Below are positions 26,993 through 32,000 of a DNA stretch of 32,000 nt, in pieces. The DNA is from Microcystis aeruginosa NIES-843. GTDB lineage: Bacteria > Cyanobacteriota > Cyanobacteriia > Cyanobacteriales > Microcystaceae. The DNA lies in the NCBI RefSeq assembly GCF_000010625.1, contig NC_010296.1, forward strand, positions 1,050,001-1,082,000. The letters are read 5' to 3'. Position 1 is the stretch's first letter, and each line of letters opens with the position of its first letter. The position numbers and the translations under genes were made by a program. The notes beneath the pieces are model-generated. The model ran no database searches, was not told the DNA's origin, and saw only the letters and a program-made list of their open reading frames with translations.

Positions 26993-27464
26993 AAGAAACC
27001 TCTTTCATCTGTGGGGGTGAAAATTTTTTCATTGGGACTGCCTCTGTTGATCAAAGATAAGCAAAAATTATTTATTGACTGCAAAAACTTGAGAATATTT
27101 AAATTAACATTCCGCAATATTTACAAATTCTTAAGAATTAATTGAGAAAGATTTTTATTTAACAACGATGTTACAAGGGTTACAGCGATTTGATAGAATT
27201 TCACAATGGGTTATTCTGTGCTTTTTTGGGCAGCAATGGTTGAAACCCTTGCCACACCTAGAAGGTGATCCTAATTAAGACGGTCAAATCAGTCAATTTC
27301 ACCCATAACGATGATCTTTTTTTTGTGTAGTTTTATTGCAAAAAAAAAGTTTTTTTGACAAAAAGCACAAAGTATGATAGTACCCAACGTATTTCTGGCT
27401 GCGAGTAATTATTGTAGAGGGGGAGAAAGGAGAAGGGAGAGGGGAGAATAAATAAAAATAATCT

Positions 27465-27510
27465 CCCTACCCCACACCCTGTCCCTAGGAAAAACTTCTT
27501 CAGCAAACCC
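27465..27510 (+). mobile_element. Right-end fragment of MITE family 1
   Basis: CCCTACCCCACACCCTGTCCCTAGGAAAAACTTCTTCAGCAAACCC followed by TA matches the right end of 19221..19432. No left TIR was found nearby. Confidence 0.65.
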
Positions 27511-28534
27511 TAGTTAAGGCCTGCTCGATTCTCTGACCATCGAGGGAGCGGCCGATAAAGACCAAGCGAGTTTGCCGCATTTCCGTGGATTGCCAGGGTC
27601 GGTCGAAGAAAGAATCAAAGCGATCGCCGACTCCCTGTAACACCATACGCATCGGTTTATTGGCCACGTTAACAAATCCCTTGACCCGATAGATTTCTTC
27701 TCGGGCCACCAATTCTTTGAGCCGTTGGGTCAAAATTCGGGCATCTACGGGAGAATCGAGGCAAAACTGCACAGAATTGATCTCCTCATCGTGATCGTGT
27801 TCTTCCTCGTGATCATGATGACTAGGACGACTAGCTAAATTATCCTCGACGGCGGCATTAAATCCCAATAGCACATCGGGGCTAATTTGTCCATCGGCAC
27901 AAGTAACTATTTTTACCGTTGATCGCAGTTGTGTTTTCAGCCAACTAATAATTTTTTCTAATTCAATTTCGCTGATTAAATCGGTTTTAGTTAAGAGTAC
28001 CAGGTCAGCGCAGGCTAACTGATCCTCAAATAACTCCTCAATGGGCGTTTCGTGTTCTAAATTGGGGTCTGCTTGCCTTTGTGCCGTTAAAGCCTCCAAA
28101 TCCGCCACCAGACGACCCCTAGCGACGGCAAAACCATCCACCACCGTGATTACTCCGTCCACCGTGGCACCGTTGCGGATTTCCGGCCAGCGAAAAGCTT
28201 GAACCAGAGGTTTAGGTAAAGCTAACCCCGAAGTTTCGATCAGCATACAATCCAACTGTTGCCGTCGCTCCAGCAATTTCTGCATGGTGGGGAGAAATTC
28301 TTCCTGTACTGTACAGCACAGACAACCGTTGGTCAGTTCCACAATATTATCGTTGGGGTTGTCGTCGCAGGTCTGACAACTTTTCAATAAATCACCATCA
28401 ATTCCCACTTCTCCGAATTCATTGACCATAACGGCCACCCGTCGGCCTTGATTATTTTGCAGTAGATGACGGATGAGGGTAGTTTTTCCCGCACCCAGAA
28501 AACCCGTGATCACAGTAACTGGAATTTTGTGCAT
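27500..28534 (-). CDS. COG0523 / CobW-family GTPase metallochaperone with His/Asp/Glu-rich insert
   Basis: P-loop GFLGAGKTT, metal motif GCLCCT, the stretch SRPSHHDHEEEHDHDEE, and a CobW_C-like end. Confidence 0.88.
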   Translation of the reverse strand: MHKIPVTVITGFLGAGKTTLIRHLLQNNQGRRVAVMVNEFGEVGIDGDLLKSCQTCDDNPNDNIVELTNGCLCCTVQEEFLPTMQKLLERRQQLDCMLIETSGLALPKPLVQAFRWPEIRNGATVDGVITVVDGFAVARGRLVADLEALTAQRQADPNLEHETPIEELFEDQLACADLVLLTKTDLISEIELEKIISWLKTQLRSTVKIVTCADGQISPDVLLGFNAAVEDNLASRPSHHDHEEEHDHDEEINSVQFCLDSPVDARILTQRLKELVAREEIYRVKGFVNVANKPMRMVLQGVGDRFDSFFDRPWQSTEMRQTRLVFIGRSLDGQRIEQALTRVC

Positions 28535-28737
28535 AGATAGAGCGATCGATCATGTTTCTAGATCAATCTATCAGACTCTCGGTCTAGGGTTGAGGGTTTC
28601 AGCGCTAATTCTTTAGGATTGCCCCACCAATTGCCGGACTGTCACAAACTAGCTGAAATTTTCCTAGTTAGTCGTTATTCTGGTAAAAGTTTCAGCCGGC
28701 TAAAATAATTGCTGAAGAACTTTTTTGGGAGTGGATC

Positions 28738-28926
28738 ATGTTACAACGTCTTTTTTTAGCCTTTACCCTCGCTTTTCCCCTTTATTTAAGCATTGCTATT
28801 CAACAAACTTCTCCTCTAGCTGATAGGGTAAATCGCCCTTCTTCTCGCGGAATCAATAAAATTGAGCAGACGGTAAAAACTATCCAAAAGCAGTTAAAAC
28901 AAGAGCATTCGGTTCAATTAGATTAA
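28738..28926 (+). CDS. Possible small secreted/membrane-anchored protein (62 aa)
   Basis: GGGAG lies about 7 nt upstream, and the N-terminus is hydrophobic (LFLAFTLAFPLYLSIAI). No family recognised. Confidence 0.35.
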   Translation: MLQRLFLAFTLAFPLYLSIAIQQTSPLADRVNRPSSRGINKIEQTVKTIQKQLKQEHSVQLD

Positions 28927-28943
28927 TAAATTTTGTCAAAAAG

Positions 28944-28975
28944 ATGAGAGCTAAAACGGGTGCATCTCATTTTTG
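28944..28975 (+). terminator. Weak candidate intrinsic terminator after the 62-aa ORF
   Basis: ATGAGA-N15-TCTCAT followed by TTTT. The stem is short and the loop long. Confidence 0.25.
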
Positions 28976-29042
28976 TAAATCTACTAATTTGGGATTTTTA
29001 AGGGGAAACTTTCTCCTAAAATTGGGCGTTACTTTCGGTTTT

Positions 29043-29096
29043 ATCACTCAACCCTAGGGTTGAGTGATAGTAGGGTTGATTCATGAATCAACCCTA
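29043..29096. repeat. Two adjacent perfect 26-nt palindromes sharing the 8-mer AGGGTTGA
   Basis: ATCACTCAACCCTAGGGTTGAGTGAT (29043..29068) and TAGGGTTGATTCATGAATCAACCCTA (29071..29096), each verified as its own reverse complement. Confidence 0.9.
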
Positions 29097-29259
29097 CCCA
29101 AACCCCCCGTTGGGGCCCAAACCCCGGAGCGCATTAGTTTTTCGGTGGGATGCTTACACGCGATTGTTCATATTTTTGTACTAATTTAAGAGTCACTGAT
29201 AATTGTTAATTGTCGGTATTTCTGCAAATGTGGGATGCACTCGCTAAAACTCCTCTTTT

Positions 29260-31182
29260 TCACTTTTTACTTGACAAATTACTTGCCATTGGCTGCGGAG
29301 GCCGGTATTCAGGAACTAAATCTTGTAGAGACTTAACTAAGCCCTGACGGTCATTAACTTGAATATAATTAAGCAGTTGCTCTAATTTGATTTGCAATTT
29401 TTCCCAAGCAAGAAAGTGTTCATTAGCGCAAAAAATCTTTGGGTGATCGGTGGGACGAGCTTTATCGGTATCGATTAATAATTCTTCGTAGAGTTTTTCC
29501 CCCGGTCTTAATCCTGTGATTTCAATATCGATATCTTGCCCTAATTCCAAGCCACTTAAACGGATCATCTGTAGGGCCAAATCGTAAATTCTTACCGGTT
29601 CACCCATATCTAATAGGAATACCTCACCCCCCTTAGCCATGGCTCCTGCTTGCATAACCAAACGCACCGCCTCTGGAATAGACATAAAATAGCGAATAAT
29701 ATCGCGATGGGTGAGGGTAATATTCTTACGTTGGGCGATTTGTTCCCGGAAACGCGGCACCACGGAACCGCTACTATCAAGAACATTGCCAAAGCGGACG
29801 ATAGCGCAACAGGTGGAAGTGTCGGGTAAAGCGGCCAAAGCTTGTATAACTAACTCAGCACAGCGTTTACTGGCCCCCATAATGTTAGTCGGTCTGACGG
29901 CCTTATCAGTGGAAATAAGAACTAAATTACTAACCGAATTCTCGATCGCGGTCTGAGCGACATTTAAACTACCCCAAACATTAGTGTAAACCCCCTGACT
30001 AGCATTGGCTTCCACAAGAGGAACGTGCTTATAGGCGGCCGTGTGATAAATTGTCTCAATCTGGTGTTGTTGGATGACTCGGGCCAGATGATTGCGGTCG
30101 AGAACATTGCCTAAATAGGCATACTTGCGTAAATCGCTATAATTTTCGCTTAAATCGAGATCGATTTTGTAGAGGGAAAACTCATTTAATTCGTAGATTA
30201 CCAAGCATTTTGGCTTGAGGAAGGCGATTTGTCGGCATAATTCCGAACCGATGGAACCACCACCCCCGGTGACTAACACCGCTTTACCCGTGACATTTTT
30301 TGCCAAAAGTTCGGGATGGGGTAGAATTTCTTCCCGTCCTAATAATTCCGAGACATCGACACTGCGAATCTGATTGATGGCCGCTTCTCCCGATAAAATT
30401 TTTGAGAGGGGAGGGACGGTTTTGATGACGATGGGTAAAGTTTCTAGACTTTCGATGATTTGCCGCTTTTTGGCCTTGGCTACATTCGGAATAGCGAGAA
30501 CAACCCAGTCAAAGGCCCGTTTTTGGTGCAGTAGTGCCAATTGAGAGGGGGGATAAACCCTAATGCCTTGGACCACTCGCTGCTGCAAATCGGGATTATC
30601 ATCAACAAAAGCTAATAAACGATAGTGGGGGTCATTTTGCAGGGAACGTGCCAATTGACAACCCACAATCCCCGCACCATAGATAACAATTGTCGGTTCT
30701 CTATCCACACTACTGATGTAAATATTCAGACGGTGAAAGACAGAACGAATCAACAATCTCACCCCGATAACCAATACTAGGGTTAACAAGGCGTCGATAA
30801 TCAGGACTGAACGCGGCAAAAAGGCATCCCTTTGAAAGTAGGCAAGACTGATTAAAACCCCTGAACTATAGAGGACTGCTTGCAGTACGGAGGAAAGAAA
30901 CTCTAATCCTGTATAACGTACTACGGGACTGTAAATACCTTTGAGATAGAAAACTAGAGTTTTAATGGCGATTAAACCGAATATTTCCCCTAAAAAAGGT
31001 CTAATTTCCTGATATTCGAGGCTCAGATTAAATCTGAGAGAGAAGGCCAGATAGATGCTTAGACAAAAAATCAGGCCATCGGTGATAATTAGAAGAGATC
31101 GCTTCGATGACCTAGATAGGGAATTAGCCAATTTAAGGATTTTGTTCGCCAGTTTTCTATACATCATCTGGGGTAAGCTCAT
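29260..31182 (-). CDS. Membrane-anchored polysaccharide biosynthesis protein, CapD/WbpM/PglF-type NDP-sugar 4,6-dehydratase
   Basis: 640 aa. N-terminal TM helices, two Rossmann motifs (IYGAGIVG, VLVTGGGGSIGSEL), and STDKAV.P.N.MGASKR. Confidence 0.9.
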   Translation of the reverse strand: MSLPQMMYRKLANKILKLANSLSRSSKRSLLIITDGLIFCLSIYLAFSLRFNLSLEYQEIRPFLGEIFGLIAIKTLVFYLKGIYSPVVRYTGLEFLSSVLQAVLYSSGVLISLAYFQRDAFLPRSVLIIDALLTLVLVIGVRLLIRSVFHRLNIYISSVDREPTIVIYGAGIVGCQLARSLQNDPHYRLLAFVDDNPDLQQRVVQGIRVYPPSQLALLHQKRAFDWVVLAIPNVAKAKKRQIIESLETLPIVIKTVPPLSKILSGEAAINQIRSVDVSELLGREEILPHPELLAKNVTGKAVLVTGGGGSIGSELCRQIAFLKPKCLVIYELNEFSLYKIDLDLSENYSDLRKYAYLGNVLDRNHLARVIQQHQIETIYHTAAYKHVPLVEANASQGVYTNVWGSLNVAQTAIENSVSNLVLISTDKAVRPTNIMGASKRCAELVIQALAALPDTSTCCAIVRFGNVLDSSGSVVPRFREQIAQRKNITLTHRDIIRYFMSIPEAVRLVMQAGAMAKGGEVFLLDMGEPVRIYDLALQMIRLSGLELGQDIDIEITGLRPGEKLYEELLIDTDKARPTDHPKIFCANEHFLAWEKLQIKLEQLLNYIQVNDRQGLVKSLQDLVPEYRPPQPMASNLSSKK

Positions 31183-31497
31183 CTAAATTAGTATAAAGTG
31201 TACTTGACAAATTATAATCATTTCAGATGGTTCTGATACGCTCTAGACCGATGAAAACCTTATAAACTCTGGCATTGATATTCTCAATCTCAATTGACTA
31301 CATAATCAAGTTCTAATCTCAAACAAGAACAGGAGCAAGAAAAAACAGCAAAAGGTTTTGGCTTTTAAAATGACTGGTTGAGACAAGCAGGGGTAGCAGA
31401 CGGGGGGAGGAAGCTGGCAGATATTTATCCTGCAATTCAATCTTGACAGACCACTAAGTATTTCTCACCCAAAAGTAGATTCGTCGCTCTTGCCTTT

Positions 31498-31622
31498 AAG
31501 CTGTTGACTATCTAAATTACTCGTTAAGACTGCACCGGAGTTGGGAGTGCCGAGGAGGGAGGTCGATCATTTGTTCTAAAATTTTCCCTAGGCAGTTTCA
31601 ATGCAATACAGATCACCAGCTT
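31498..31622 (+). repeat. Dispersed ~125-nt element (family 3), copy upstream of crtH
   Basis: AAGCTGTTGACTATCTAAATTACTCGTTAAGACTGCACCGGAG...CTAAAATTTTCCCTAGGCAGTTTCAAT..TACAG..CAGCTT. It is inverted relative to 14530..14640 and ends 105 nt before the ATG at 31728. Confidence 0.75.
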
Positions 31623-31727
31623 TTCATCGCTGGCAAAAAATTTTTTGCTCCCGCAAACTAGCCGATAAATGACCGCTAGTCAAGGGTTACAATCAAGAAT
31701 TGATACAAAAATTTATCGAGTCAAGTT

Positions 31728-32000
31728 ATGAGTAATCAGTACGATGCGATCGTGATTGGGTCGGGAATCGGGGGATTGGTGACAGCGACACAATTAGCGG
31801 CAAAAGGAGCAAAAGTCTTAGTTCTAGAGAGTTATCTGATCCCGGGGGGCAGCGCGGGTTATTTTGAACGAGAGGGTTATCGTTTTGATGTGGGTGCTTC
31901 GATGATTTTTGGTTTTGGCAAAAAGGGGACGACTAACCTCCTAACCAAAGCTTTGGCAGCGGTGGATATGAGTATCGAAACCATTGCCGATCCCGTCCAG
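31728..32000 (+). CDS. crtH: Carotenoid (prolycopene) isomerase CrtH/CrtISO, 3' end beyond window
   Basis: The FAD fold [12 protein letters not shown] plus [29 protein letters not shown] matches my memory of cyanobacterial CrtH. 91 codons are visible. Confidence 0.75.
   Translation, partial: MSNQYDAIVIGSGIGGLVTATQLAAKGAKVLVLESYLIPGGSAGYFEREGYRFDVGASMIFGFGKKGTTNLLTKALAAVDMSIETIADPVQ

Noticed and set aside
26815-27117. 100-aa ORF (..HPTPYTPHPTPHTLHPT..)
   Set aside because: It is the translation of the 9-unit GTGGGGT array upstream of prlC and overlaps the prlC start. It is a repeat artefact.
27345-27385. TTGACA ... TATGAT promoter-like pair in the prlC/COG0523 spacer
   Set aside because: The spacer is only 12 nt, and it points plus-strand towards no plus-strand gene.
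28535-28737. Zur/Fur-type operator upstream of the COG0523 GTPase gene
   Set aside because: COG0523 genes are often zinc-regulated, but I found only weak imperfect inverted repeats (AGATAG...CTATCA) and no AT-rich 7-1-7 palindrome. There is not enough to call.

Overview
This is a cyanobacterial chromosomal window. Frequent HIP1 GCGATCGC sites, GTGGGGT and CTGATAA heptamer arrays and at least three MITE-like repeat families suggest a Microcystis-like genome; that is my inference, not a database result. Housekeeping genes are a 5'-truncated DUF512 radical-SAM protein, an MlaE-type permease, an RlmI-like methyltransferase, a VOC protein, an SDR, a tandem-domain PTPS, Mg-chelatase ChlH, oligopeptidase A, a COG0523 GTPase, a CapD-like sugar dehydratase and a 3'-truncated CrtH. 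A Cph1/Rcp1 phytochrome operon with an adjacent REC-histidine kinase is also present. These are interleaved with AT-rich accessory DNA. The best candidate for an undescribed system is a tightly packed three-gene plus-strand cassette at 14791..18073. It encodes a small HEPN-like protein, a ParA/MinD-like ATPase whose P-loop lysine is replaced by arginine (KGGVGRT) behind an unknown 150-aa N-domain, and a 498-aa P-loop NTPase. The cassette sits between the long chlH upstream region and a MITE. A second accessory locus at 7551..10043 (minus strand) holds a 2-TM protein, two paralogous about 167-aa proteins with conserved termini but unalignable central cassettes, and a decayed hicBA-like module. 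Other observations are a ~110-125 nt element shared, in the same relative orientation, upstream of chlH and crtH; a TA-duplicating MITE abutting or supplying gene 3' ends; heptamer arrays inside the phytochrome signalling cluster; and twin 26-nt perfect palindromes. All family assignments rest on motif recognition by eye and no searches were run.
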